Origin: Massalongia carnosa
Taxonomy: Eukaryota
Length of the DNA: 64,000 nucleotides
NCBI GenBank assembly: GCA_965645245.1
Contig: OZ287087.1
Span: 1,302,001 to 1,366,000, forward strand
Reading direction: 5' to 3'
Shown here: piece by piece, positions 10,322-22,012 of the stretch
Layout of the letters: the number at the start of each line of letters is the position of its first letter
Numbering within the stretch: the stretch's first letter is position 1
Notes under the pieces: generated by a model
The model's database searches: none
What the model was told of the DNA's origin: nothing
What the model saw: the letters and a program-made list of their open reading frames with translations, nothing else
Made by a program: the position numbers and the translations under genes

Positions 10322-12136
10322 ACGTATTTACTAGCCAATCGGGCCAGCTACCCATTCGGGCCACCCACCAAAACCAACACCAAAATTTCAACTTTTTCGC
10401 CTTGCATCTTGTACCACACCACCATGGCCTCATCAAATGAAACCATCATTGATGTTAATAGTTCTGATACTAGAATGGAATTAGCTATCGCTGAGTTGAA
10501 AAGAAATCCTGCTATATCTCAGCGTCAATTAGCTAAGGAGTATAACGTGCCTAGATCTACCCTTCAAGCACGTATTCACGGTCGGAAATCAGCCAAAACC
10601 TATCATGAAGAGTCTCAACGATTATCAGTAATTGAGGAAAGGGCTCTGATTGGCTGGATAGAACAGATGACCGAGTGGGGCTGGCCCCCACGCATACAAC
10701 ATCTAGAAAGCATGGCAAAAAATCTTCTGAATGCGAAGGGCGATAGCGAGCCTTTGGGTCATTGTTGGTATCAGAATTTTTTAAAGAGACACCCTGATTT
10801 CAAGTGCAACCACAGTAGAAATCTGGATCAAGTCCGAAAAGATGCTGGAAACGTTGATATCATAAAAGACTGGTATCAATTATACTCGACTACCCGAACG
10901 AAGTATGGAATAGCCGACGGAGATGTATACAACATGGATGAAAAAGGGTTTGCCATGGGCATCGCCGATAGCTCCAAAGTGTTAGTAAAAGTCACTGAAG
11001 CTGAAGCATTCAACGTCCATTCGGGTAATAGGGACTGGGTTTCAATGATTGAATGTGTTTCATCTTTGGGATCCGTTTTACCAGCTTATTTTATATTTCA
11101 AGGAGTTCGAGTACAGCAAGCCTGGCTAGGTCCTATCAAGGATAATAGGACCACCTTACAAGTCAGTCCCAATGGATGGACCACCAACGAAATAGCACTC
11201 CATTGGCTGAAAGAGGTGTTCGATTTGCATACTCGATACTCGACATACGCAGGGCGTTTATAGACTTCTTATACTCGATGGACACGAAAGTCATGTATCT
11301 ATCGATTTTATGACTTATTGCGAGCAACATAAAATCATACCGCTTTGTTTGCCCCCTCATTCAACTCATCTATTGCAACCTCTGGATGTGGGCGTTTTTT
11401 CACCTCTAGCTAAGGCCTATAAAAAACGGGTAGCAAATCACTCTCGCTATGGGGCCGTCAACGTTTCGAAGATAGATTTTCTAAGTTATATTCAGGAGGC
11501 TAGAAAGGAGGCCATGACTATTATCAACATCAGCTCTGCATGGCGAGGTGCAGGTCTAGTACCACTCGATCCAAATTATGTTCTTGCTAAAGTATCGAGA
11601 TCAAACCCTTTTCCGCGTGATATTAACGCTATCAGTACTCCGAAAACAATCAAGAAAATCAGAGAGACTAGTGAGACCCTTCTACAAAATATAACTCCGT
11701 CTCTTCGAGGGCCTGTTGAACAGCTGAAAATCATAGCTCTTAATGCTATTGCTGATAAAACCATTCTAACACAGTCAAATCAGGAGCTTATTGATAAACA
11801 AAAGACTCGACGTACAAAGCAGTCTAGAAAGGGTTGTGAAAAGGCTAAGGTGCTGACTGTGGGTGCAGCACGTACAATGATGGAAGAAAAGGAGAAGGCG
11901 GCTGAGGCAATAGCCAATCAAAAGGCTAGATATCATGCCTTAAACGGAAAGGTAAAATTTGCGAAAATAGTATATAAAGAGATGGGTATGGATATTGATA
12001 TTTTCATGTAATTATATTGGAAATAGATGATGATAAAATCATGTAATAATGGTTGTTAAGTTGATAAGATGATTTGGTCAAATTTTTGGTGGGGTGGCCC
12101 GACTGGGTAGCTGGCCCGTTTGGCTAGTAAATACGT
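10322..12136 (+). mobile_element. pogo/Fot1-like DNA transposon nested in Gypsy B
   Basis: ~52-bp TIRs ACGTATTTACTAGCCAA.CGGGCCAGCTACCCA...; TA target duplication at 10320-10321 and 12137-12138. Confidence 0.96.
10424..12011 (+). pseudogene. Fot1/pogo DDD transposase with a +1 frameshift near 11258
   Basis: HTH_psq-like YNVPRSTL, CENP-B-like region, YNMDEKGF, (RYR)LLILDGHESH, LQPLDVGVF. An extra T in CGTTTATAGA shifts the frame. Confidence 0.9.
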
Positions 12137-13286
12137 TAGCGTATTTTTCTCGGAAAATGATTCCTGCGGAAACTCGTTACGAAACTCACGATGGGGAACT
12201 ACTGGCCATCGTTGAAGCCTTTAAGAATTGGAGGCATTATCTTGAAGGTTGTAAGCATGAAGTTCTCGTGCTTACAGACCACAACAACCTGCGGCGATTT
12301 ATGGATACGAAGAGTTTAAGCCCCCGCCAGGTTCGCTGGGCGCAAGAACTCTCTCGTTACAATTTCCGCATCGATTATCGTCAAGGCAAGGCTAATGGAG
12401 CTGCCGATGCTTTATCTCGCTATCCTCAGAGGAGCCAAGGCGAAGAGGAAGTGCTTCGAGCTGAGAATACTCGAATCCTTCACCGATTGCAGTCCTCACT
12501 GACCAGCGCCAGCATCTCTGGTATCACTAGTACTCAGCATCTCACCCCTCCACACCACGTCATTATCTGCGGAACGCATGTATTCCCTCAACTACGTCAG
12601 TTTTGGGATACGCTCCGCCAAGACTTGACCTCTGAAGGTCCTTACAAAGTCAGCATTGGTGGCATGAGGTTGAGGTTGCAGGAGTTGCAGGAGGAAGATA
12701 CCCAAGCTCAGATGATCAGAGCAGAGAAGCTTGGAAAAGATGGCTGGGAAGACACCGATGGGATTTTGCATTATCAAAGCAAGCCTACAAGCTGGAGCTT
12801 CCAAAGCGGTGGCGCATCCATGATGTCTTTCATGTATCACTGCTGGAGCAGGACACCACAAGGAAGGGGCGGGTGGACGAGAAGATCGCGGAGCAGCTGG
12901 AATTCGAAGCTGGTAACGATGAGGAGTACGAGGTTGAAGGCATTTTGGATAACGCAGTTTACGCCAAGGAGTCAGAAGCTGGCCACCTACCAGGCCTCTA
13001 CTATCTGGTCTCCTGGAAGGGCTATCCAGAAGATGAAAGTACGTGGGAACCGGCGGCAGCTATCAAACACTTACGGAAGATCGTCAAAGCCTACCATGAG
13101 GGTAACCCCACCAAGCCGACAGCAACCTCTCCTCCTATCGACACCGCACCGCCAATGGCTAAGCCGACCGTTAAGCCTAATAACAAGCGGAAACGCAGCC
13201 GAACAGCTACCAGTACTCGGAGCAAGAAGGCGAAGAAGTAGTAGCCTCTGGGTTTCTCTCCTGCCACCTGCTATGGAATCTAGGAT

Positions 13287-13515
13287 CGGTTTTCCCTTCG
13301 TTTTCCCGTTATCTTATCAGGGTTTAAGGGTTTTTCATCGATCTTGAGAAGTCGGTTTTCCCTACGTTCTCCCGTTGTCTTATCAGGGTTTTAGGGTTTT
13401 TCATCGATCTCGATAAGTCGGTTTTCCTCCTCAGTTCCCACTGGGTTAGGAGGTTTTTCATTGACTTCGGAGGCCGGTTTTCCTCCTTGCTATCATACAA
13501 GGAAGGAGGTTTTTC
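13287..13515 (+). repeat. Decaying tandem repeat (about 4 units of 57-66 bp) in the Gypsy B 3' UTR
   Basis: Recurring CGGTTTTCC...GGTTTTTCA units. Confidence 0.75.
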
Positions 13516-13607
13516 ACCGCCTGCCATACACATCATACCACCCACCTAACGTGTCGTTACTATCCACTACACGCTCGGCGAAGCTCGCGTCCTAGAGGGG
13601 AGGCAAT

Positions 13608-14626
13608 TGTAATACGGATGGCGCTAGAAGGATACGTGATCGCCTACGGCGGTTGCGGGATTAACTAGCATGAGTCAGGCCGTAGTACTTAGTCGCACAG
13701 CCGTCGAGGTTGACACGACGCCACCTTGCCATACAACTCCGAATCCTACGTTCTAGACTGCTTACAGATCAAACACCTGTCGAGGCCGTGGTGGTAGATT
13801 GCCATGGAGTAAGGCGAACTCCTGTGGAGAAGCCGTGAACTCTATATGGGATCTACTGGCCTACTCGGAGCTACTCGATCTCTTGATGGATCAAGAGTTG
13901 TAGCAGGAGGCACGGCTAGCTGGACGCAGCTTGAGCTCGGCCTCCCCGGTGTAAACTTCAGCTTCCACCTTTATTGCTACGTTGGTAGTGATGTCGACTG
14001 AGTGAACCTACATGACCTTGTGGTCTAGACCTTGTGTCTAGAGGCAGGTCCGCAGTGTAGATAGAGATTCAGTCGGAGGTAACCTTCCATCGCTACGTTG
14101 GTAGTGGTGACGGCGAAATGAAGCTACATAGCCTCGGCGTCTAGACTTTATGTTTAGAGGCGGGCTAGCAATGTAGTGAGGGATCTAGCCGGAGGTAGAA
14201 GTGTTCTACCTTGCAAGGGAAGGTCTAGAAGGCTGCTCGAGGCTGACTAGATGATCCAGCGAACGCCGAGTTCGTAGATGGATCCTGAGGGATGGTTAGA
14301 TGTAAGGCGATAAGGTCAGAAGTGGGTTGCAAGGCTCCTAAGGTTCCAAGGCTCCCAAGGCTATAGGCTTGGGGTGAGTAGGATAAATACCAGAACGAAT
14401 CCTGTAGTATTCGTTAGCAATTAGTCTTTATTCTATGAACAACCTACGTTTGGGTCTCGGACGAGATCTCTTGGTCTAAGCACTTCCACATCCATTAGTT
14501 CTTTGGATCACGTATACTCTCGGAGACTAGCACGTAGTAGCTATCTTCCTCCTCTCACGCTGAGCATTTCCCCTTTCGAGATCAGTGTCCCTCGTGATAA
14601 GCTTACTGGTCTCGTAGCCCATTACA
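13608..14626 (+). repeat. 3' LTR of Gypsy B
   Basis: Direct repeat of 6313-7331; about 5 substitutions seen by eye. Confidence 0.97.
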
Positions 14627-15008
14627 ACGATCGAATCGTAACATTTTTCACGAATTACACAAAGAGAATTCGAGAAAATCTCGATCGAATATTGAATTGC
14701 GTGATTTTTCTTTTTTAAAAGATTTTTCACGTATTATACAGTTTGATAAACTCGTTCACATAAATCGATTTTCGATTGATATCACATCAAAACAAAAATT
14801 ATCATTATTATAATCACGTAAGAATAAAAATCATATTATCATAATGTTAAAAATGCAAAATCATTATCCCTTCGTCTGGCAATTTGGCAGCCATTTAGGT
14901 AATATTCAATTTTACACGCGCCGTCTCCGGGTAATGACTAATAACTTTAATCTGGCCAATCAGATTTTCCCTTTTCAACGATAATGGGTACAACACCTCA
15001 ATCACCCC

Positions 15009-17430
15009 TCATGATCTATGTAAAATTTCCCAACATGCCTCCTTTTTGTAACATGGTCCATAGCTCTTACATTGCCATCTGGTCTGACTTGCACGTCGTC
15101 TTTTGGTGCAATTTTCATCAATTTCCGCAAGTGGTCGGCGTCGTTTGAGTCTTGGCACTTGCCTTTTGCAGGCCAAACAATAGTCCTTCTTATTCAAATG
15201 CTCCCATTTGCAAGTTGACTCGACGTCTTTATTAACGTCTTGATTAGTAGTAACTATGACATCTGTCGGACGTTTCCGTAGGGCACCGGCTTGATTGGAT
15301 AGTAGGGCATTTACTATTTCTTTTTGAAAGTCCAAATGGCTGAGTGTTGAATTCGGATACAGAATTCTCCACAATTTGAAGGCATTTAGAACGGCTGCAT
15401 CCAGAAGAAAGATGAAAATTGACCACCAGTAGCGACGATCAGATCTTTGAGGTGAATAATATGCTCTTTGCTGAGCATTCCCATCTGACCCGCCCATGTG
15501 CTGGTTATATTCCACGATGGGCATGGGAAATGGAAGCTTTTCTTCTTCATCATCAACGATGACTCTGGAATTTGCAGGAATTCCGTGACGTCGACGGGAA
15601 TTCTTGTAGAAAGAAGTCTTCAAATCCTCAATTGTATGAACCGTGGTCATGAATTGCACAGTGTTTAAATCCACCCATGCCATACACAGAATGTCCCCGT
15701 CCTCAATGTTTGATTTTTTACTTTTATTTGTAGGTACCGTTATTAATGCCTTCTTTCCGCAGTCCTTATTCTTGGTGGCTGCAACCCTCAGACGTAGAAG
15801 ATGAACAGGAAAACCGCATCCTGATTTAGCTGTCCCACAGGCACCAATTCCAATAGTTTTCAGAGCTTTGAATAGCTTCGTATTTGTGAAGAAGTTGTCC
15901 AGAAAGATGACGTATTTCAAGCCTTCATCAGACGGTAAACTTCGAGCCAGTTGAATGACGACTAGGGAGGAAGGAGACAAATCCCATTTGGTTGTCGGAA
16001 ATTTCAATTGTCCAGGCGTTTTTAACTCACTAATTTTGGACACCTGTCTTGCAATTAGTACGATGCAAATTGAGGCCTTTTCTACTCACCTTGGAGGTAA
16101 ATAAGATAATTTTCCTGACATAAACTATAGATTTTGAAGCCTACACCAGCCGCCTTGGTGGCTATTTGCATAGTATGGCAGCTCCTACCCCTGAATAAAA
16201 TCAATTGCTCGTCAACTGATACATGACTTCCAGGAATCCAGTATTTCTTTGATGCTTTTCGAAAGTCTGTGGCCAATGGTTCCAGCTTTTTCCACCAATC
16301 AGGGCCTCGAGTATCAATGATCTCATCTTCGTCGGGGTTGGATATCTTCAAAAATCGTTTGAGTTGCTCCCATCTTCGAAGACTCATGGCTTGAATCACC
16401 ATGTCATGTATGGCAAATTTAGGAGACGTGTTCCAATAGTCAGTAAGACGTGGCATCAGTATATACCCCATATATAACAGAATTCCCAGAAAAGCTCCTA
16501 CTTCAGAAGAAGAGGTGTCATGCCATTGACGTCTCTTGATGTCGTTTAGGGCATACTTCTTTTTCGCTTTAAGATTGGTGTTTTTAGCTATGATTTCAAG
16601 CATTTCAAAGCTAAAGAAGAGGCAGAATAAACTGAAAGGAGTCTGATTTATTGTGACGAAGCGAGATAGTGAATAGATTTCTACCATTGCGCCACCTGTC
16701 CTTCCCGACCAAAAGGCACAATACTTAGTCCGCAGACCAAGCTCTATTCTACTATAACTGGGTCTCCTGCTATGTTTGCTGTAGGTCCTGCCGTCCGCAC
16801 CACGCTTGGTCGAACCGTTACACTACCGCCCGTCTAGCTGCGGCTAGCCCCTAGCCGCTTCCAGTTATAGTTAGCCCCGAAGAATGGGCTCTTCATAGCG
16901 TACCGCCCTCGCCGATCCGACTTAGAGAGTTTTCATCCAACGCTTTCCCGTTTCGTCCTAGCTTCAGTCCGTCGAAGCAAGGCGAAAAAGCGAGGAACTC
17001 AGGTCAGGAATCGAACTCACGACTAGTACACCGATTGATGACTAAGTATTCTGTGACGAAGCGAGATAGTGAATAGATTTCTACCATTGCGCCACCTGTC
17101 CTTCCCGACCAAAAGGCACAATACTTAGTCCGCAGACCAAGCTCTATTCTACTATAACTGGGTCTCCTGCTATGTTTGCTGTAGGTCCTGCCGTCCGCAC
17201 CACGCTTGGTCGAACCGTTACATTTATCAAGCGCAACGTCTCGTCCGGCTGTGGTTTCGAAATGGGATCGAAATTGGACAATAATTTGATGACGGAGGGG
17301 GCATGGAGTCAATTATGCTTTGTACGCTGGGTTTATTCTTTTTGGCCTGTTCTTTCAGAATTGAGGGGGGCAAAGCGTCTGATTGGTCAGGAACTTCTAT
17401 CTCAATGCCTCTCATGATTATTCTAAACAA
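15009..17430 (-). pseudogene. piggyBac-like (DDE_Tnp_1_7-type) transposase; TRIM insertion, frameshift near 16100 and a 46-nt intron at 16044-16089
   Basis: VSVDEQLILFRGR, FLDNFFT, YNQHMGGSD, Cys-rich C-terminus; intron GTGAGT...TACTAAT...CAG. Confidence 0.88.
16652..17222 (-). mobile_element. TRIM (terminal-repeat retrotransposon in miniature), 571 bp, non-coding
   Basis: Identical 171-bp LTRs at 16652-16822 and 17052-17222 (TG...CA), 229-bp internal region, 5-bp TSD TTTAT. Orientation inferred from the self-priming PBS at 17040-17050. Confidence 0.93.
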
Positions 17431-18350
17431 ATTGTAGATGTTTTAATAATTTTCAACTGATGTTTACCTTCTTATTTACAAAAAAGGGGAGAATGTTTTG
17501 AAGTTCGCGACTCAGCCCTACGGTATCTCACTAAGCCTATTTAAGGTGGCTGCCAAATTGCCAGACGAAGGGATAATATAATTTATACATTTATTATGAC
17601 CGTTTTTGTTATACGAATAAGAATAATTTTTTCGAATTTAAATTGCTTAAATCATCGTTAAACGAAATTAAGTAATCGATACGATTAAATTAAATCTTAT
17701 CTGATTCGCTCAAGATTTCCGTTGATGCTCTGCTGATAGAAGTTGAACATTCAACAACTTTCGTATTATCATTTATTCTGTTTGAAAACAACAAAACCGA
17801 TGAAGCTCGACTCATTCAAACACGGTAGGTGATTGCTTTGCTCTATATTTGTGCAATCTAAATCTCCATCAGATGTGTCAATACACCTGTCATTATTGCA
17901 GCAAATGTCACATAGTTCTTCGAATGATACGTTCTTCCTTTTGCGGAACGGACCACCAGCCTGTCGCCGGCCAGAACGTGACGGACGTGTTCGAAGTTTG
18001 TGCAACATGCAGCCTTCCAACTCCGGAGTCGGACTGACGATTTGAAGTAATGTTTTCCCATGTCTTCTTTTGGCAAGATGCTCGACTAACCTACAAAAGA
18101 AAGACCAGATGGTTTCACAGCTCGATCCTAGGTGCATATGGGCTAAAGACGGGGAAGTCATCGGTTGACTAGATTTAAGTAGCATACTACAATGGAGGCT
18201 TTCAAGTACATTCAATCAACACTATCATATCAAGTTCATATATGTGCTCGTAGAACATAGACGTGATTACTATGCAAACCGCGTGCTGTAGTATGTCAGG
18301 CTTGTTCGCATGGTGGGGGAACATGGCATGTCAACTGTTTGTAACGTAGT

Positions 18351-18836
18351 TCAAAGCATGGACGGATTGCGTGGCATTAGATACATAGGAGGGCTGCCGC
18401 ATGTATGGTCTTCGATAAAGGGAGGCACGCTGCGCTCGCCATTGAGGTTGTGAGCATTGGCAGTTTCGATGTTGACTTTTTGGCGGACTCCTGCGTTGGC
18501 AAGCGCCTTTCTTGCCTCGCCCCGGCCGAAATAGATCGTGATCACGGGCAGAGCGTTGTACTCCTGCAAGTGAGCCAGTGTTGCATCGTAGGAAGTGTTG
18601 AAAACATCAAAAACCAGCTGAATCGTGTGCGGCCATATGCGCTTCACCAACAGCCTCGCTGACGACTTGTATTCCTCGCCTGGTACGTGCATCATATCAG
18701 AGTCCTCGAGCTGTTTCAGGGCTGTGGACAAGAAATCTTCGGTGGCCGACAATGCTGAGTGCCAGTGGGGACTTTTACGAGTAATAGTTGCGAACACTCG
18801 GGTTGCATTTCGGCCTTCATCGTCGTCGGTGTTCAT
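18351..18836 (-). CDS. Hypothetical protein (161 aa), possibly with an upstream intron at ~18840-18913
   Basis: Protein-like open ORF in balanced-GC DNA; GTACGT...TACTAAC...TAG intron signals just upstream of the ATG. Confidence 0.55.
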   Translation of the reverse strand: MNTDDDEGRNATRVFATITRKSPHWHSALSATEDFLSTALKQLEDSDMMHVPGEEYKSSARLLVKRIWPHTIQLVFDVFNTSYDATLAHLQEYNALPVITIYFGRGEARKALANAGVRQKVNIETANAHNLNGERSVPPFIEDHTCGSPPMYLMPRNPSML

Positions 18837-20677
18837 ATTCTAGAAGCTGTTAGTACTCTCACGTAAACATTGTACTGTGGGAAGACTTGCTAATGTGAAG
18901 TGATAAAACGTACCACTTTGCTGCAAGACGAGTGATGATGCAGGGTTTGAGCTCTCAATGTTGCGAAGGCGAACCAGATACTTCGTGTGATTATCCGAAG
19001 GCATAACAACATTTCGAGCGGGACTCGGATCACTAATCAAGAGGAATAACTATTATCCGACGAGAGAAGTGGCTTAACTAGTACTCTCCCTTCACGTGAT
19101 AGTCCGTGGCTCACCGCTGACCATCCGCACAGAGTACTGTAAGAGGATCACCAATACACAAGACAAGTTGGCTCCCTTTTGAGCGACAACTCCCACTTAC
19201 GGCTCTTTGTCCAGCTCTTACAGCCTCTTGCGGAGTTCCGAAACCATCGCTTCAGACTTCGCAGTTTCATCTCGTCACGTCTTCGACCAAGCTGATGATG
19301 TGACGGGGATGTACATCCGTCGATACCTCAGCTTTATGTTTTCAAAGCGGAGCAGTTGCAAAATTGATTGAGCTGAGGTTCGCCTCGTCATCAAGGTTGA
19401 ACTCGACATCACTCAATCGGCGAGGGGCGGGCGATGCGCTCGGGGACTGAGGGGTAGTTGATCGAGAAGCTTCGTTGTTGACCACCAAGAATTGGTTGCC
19501 GGTATTAGGGGTTGACAAAGTTTCCGGGTCCGGTGGTCTCTCGAGAGCCGGTGAACCTGCCGTTACGAGTCTCGGTGCTTCGCATGATGGGTCCTTCGCG
19601 TCAAGGACATTGCTGGTCGGAGTTCGAGGAGCTTTTGATGAGGTAAAGCGTTTTGATCTCTGGCGGCAGCCTCGTCGCTTTCCCACAGAAGGCATCGACA
19701 TTGCTCGGGCACAGTCCTTTGACATCGCAAAATCATATCGCCTCGGTCAGCGGCCGCGCATGGCGTAGAAGTACGATCATAATACATAACTGCCTTGGAA
19801 GCATCGATCTTGGACATCAGCCATCTGGGTGGCAGGCCGCAGCCTCAGGATCATCCTTTGTCGGTACAATGCCCGTTTTCGAGCTAGGGGATTTGAGGGA
19901 TATGGGTAGTCATGGCTGAGTGAGGAGATGTATTTATTTGGCTTTTAATGGAGGATAAGTGTGTTCAATGAGATGGCATCCAGAGAAGCAGACCTTGATC
20001 TGTCAAGCTTCTGTGTGTGACCTTGCATCAAAATCAAGCAACATACCATCTTTACCTTTTGAACAAAGAGATCACACATCCTGTATCATTCATAGCGAAG
20101 GAACGGAGGGATGGCAACACGACTGCAAAGAAATGAAAGAGAGAATGGAAAGACGTCATTGAAAGCGGCAGTCGCTATAAAGTCCTCTGTTGTGATCCGT
20201 ACCTTGTCGACAGTTTTTATCGTGATTGTAGCCCCCAAGACTGAAACTACCTGTTGCCCGAGCCCTTGCTCTTCATCAACACAAATAATCAAAAAATGTG
20301 ATGACCTAGCGTCCGTCATGAAAGAGACTTCTGCTGCATCGTCTCGTAAATATCAATTACGACTCAGAGTACATATCATCTAGATGGGAATCACGGATCC
20401 ATTCAGCTCAATCCTGAGGGTGACAGCAATGCGCCATGATGCCTACACTGTTGGGAGTATTTCCAAGACGGTATGACAGCGGAGAGAAAAGAAAGCGAAT
20501 TGCCCAGTCATAGATAGGTAGTATCCGGGTCAAACGAAAGATCTCACTAAACTACAATGATGCTACTGAGCTAGCTACGGTACTTGACTATACTCTCGAG
20601 GTCGTTGAAATAGTCGTACTGGTATGAGCATGCAGTGCTATAGTCGGGTCAATATAAGTATATCAAGAACGAATACC

Positions 20678-22012
20678 TTATTCATAATCTTCATCAACGA
20701 CCGTCTTCTCCACAACCTCTCGAATAGTCACAGCCATTTCGCGTTCTTTAGCTGCTGATAGCTTTTCCGCGAATGAACTTACGCCCGTGTCGCCTTGCAC
20801 GAGGGGCGCGAGAGGCATGATATCTCCTATCTCAAGCGCAAGTGCCTGAACCACGCCTTTGCGCATCCACTGACCCGGAGTACCCCAGATTTTTCCCATT
20901 CGGATCTTTTGAGAATCACTTTCCCAGCCATCCACCATAAACCGACGACGGCGAAAAATTGTGATCAAACAAAGAAAGTACAGGTTTCGCTTTAGAGGTC
21001 GGGCTTCGGTTTTAAACCTCAGACGTTTGTTGTGAAGATCCCGATAGCGTGGACCGTTCGAGTAGAGCTGCATGGACAACAAGGAATCTTCTAGTACGAT
21101 CAACCTAAATTCGTCGATCGATTCATCATCCGGCACGATCACGACTCGGCCATCATCTAAATGTGTCTCGACCATTGAAAACAGAATGAGCCCATTCTCG
21201 AAACCCCAGATGACGTTCCAGCCTTCGTCCATAGACAATCCAAAAATATAAGAAGCGTTAAACTCTCCAATGCCATATGGCACAATGTGTGCGACTGTTG
21301 TATGATTTGGTTGATGCCAATCCTTGGTAACGGGACACCACATCAACGGCCCCGGCAGATCCGACTCCGGTGCATCATGTGCGGGTGAACCTACCGTCGG
21401 AATGTACGCATTTCGTACGAGCTTTCGGAACTGCTCGTTGTCGGTATCACTGCGACCTCCCAACTTCTTAAACCTAGCCCCTGCGGGCTCGGGGAGACTG
21501 TCCACCAATGCCGCCAGGTAGGCCTCGCCGATCCGCCCATGTGTAGGATGGGCCATAATTCCATTTTCGAGTTTCACCCGGTCTCGAGCCAAAGCTGCTC
21601 GCTCACGTAGCACGATCTGATCGATACCATCGACATCGCTGAGAATTCGTTTCATCGTCGACCTGTCTACGGATTTAGTTTCCTTGAGATTCCTCAACTC
21701 ATTGCGACAGGCTTTGTGATGCATGGCCAAATCTTCCAACAGCGGCTCTCGATTCCCGACATACTCTTTGGCACGGCTCGGGCTGAATGAATCAAGACGC
21801 AACTGCGAAGAAGCGGACGCGGTTCGTATCCTCTCATTCAAACGCTCCCTCTCGTCCGCCAGTTCGTTGCTGAAACTGCGGTAATCAGGTTCAGTGGATG
21901 CTGCGAGGCGTTCCAGGGGGTCTACGAGGGCGTTCGAAAGGCTCTCTCGCTGTTTGCGGCGCTTCTCAAGTCTACTCAAAGCGGAGCTTCCTTTCGGGGT
22001 CGGTGAGTCCAT
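20678..22012 (-). CDS. Fungal HNH-type endonuclease-domain protein with an N-terminal coiled-coil-like region (~444 aa)
   Basis: WCPVT...VAHIVP...ENGLIL...HLDDG..VIVP pattern typical of fungal HNH_2 proteins; likely start MDSPTPK at 22012. Confidence 0.8.
   Translation of the reverse strand: MDSPTPKGSSALSRLEKRRKQRESLSNALVDPLERLAASTEPDYRSFSNELADERERLNERIRTASASSQLRLDSFSPSRAKEYVGNREPLLEDLAMHHKACRNELRNLKETKSVDRSTMKRILSDVDGIDQIVLRERAALARDRVKLENGIMAHPTHGRIGEAYLAALVDSLPEPAGARFKKLGGRSDTDNEQFRKLVRNAYIPTVGSPAHDAPESDLPGPLMWCPVTKDWHQPNHTTVAHIVPYGIGEFNASYIFGLSMDEGWNVIWGFENGLILFSMVETHLDDGRVVIVPDDESIDEFRLIVLEDSLLSMQLYSNGPRYRDLHNKRLRFKTEARPLKRNLYFLCLITIFRRRRFMVDGWESDSQKIRMGKIWGTPGQWMRKGVVQALALEIGDIMPLAPLVQGDTGVSSFAEKLSAAKEREMAVTIREVVEKTVVDEDYE

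Larger units (their letters stand above)
8537..13241 (+). pseudogene. pol: Pol of Gypsy B (PR-RT-RNase H, integrase core missing, chromodomain), split by a pogo element
   Basis: ALIDSGSEVN (protease), [27 protein letters not shown] rejoins across 10322-12136. GILHYQ joins directly to KQAYKLELP...HDVFHVSLL near 12777. Chromodomain at 12873-13241. Confidence 0.92.
6313..14626 (+). mobile_element. Ty3/Gypsy chromovirus B with both LTRs, a pogo insertion in RNase H and the integrase deleted
   Basis: 1019-bp LTRs at 6313-7331 and 13608-14626; 5-bp TSD ACGAT (6308-6312 and 14627-14631); PPT AGAGGGGAGG just before 13608; gag and pol ORFs. Confidence 0.97.
14868..17572 (-). mobile_element. piggyBac-like DNA transposon, interrupted by a TRIM
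   Basis: 26-bp TIR CCCTTCGTCTGGCAATTTGGCAGCCA at both ends; piggyBac-type transposase inside. Confidence 0.9.

Noticed and set aside
8537..11263. 908-aa ORF as a genuine novel RT-transposase gene
   Set aside because: TIRs and a TA duplication show it is a pogo insertion into pol. Kept only as a low-interest finding.
13321..13400. TTAGGG-like words as telomeric repeats
   Set aside because: Isolated words inside the Gypsy 3' UTR repeat, not a tandem telomere array.
17007..17045. tRNA gene in the TRIM interior
   Set aside because: Only a T-loop-like motif is present; no cloverleaf can be formed.
17769..18215. Short ORFs here and at 19342-20383 as genes
   Set aside because: Overlapping short frames with no recognisable motifs. 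They may be gene remnants, but I cannot support a model.
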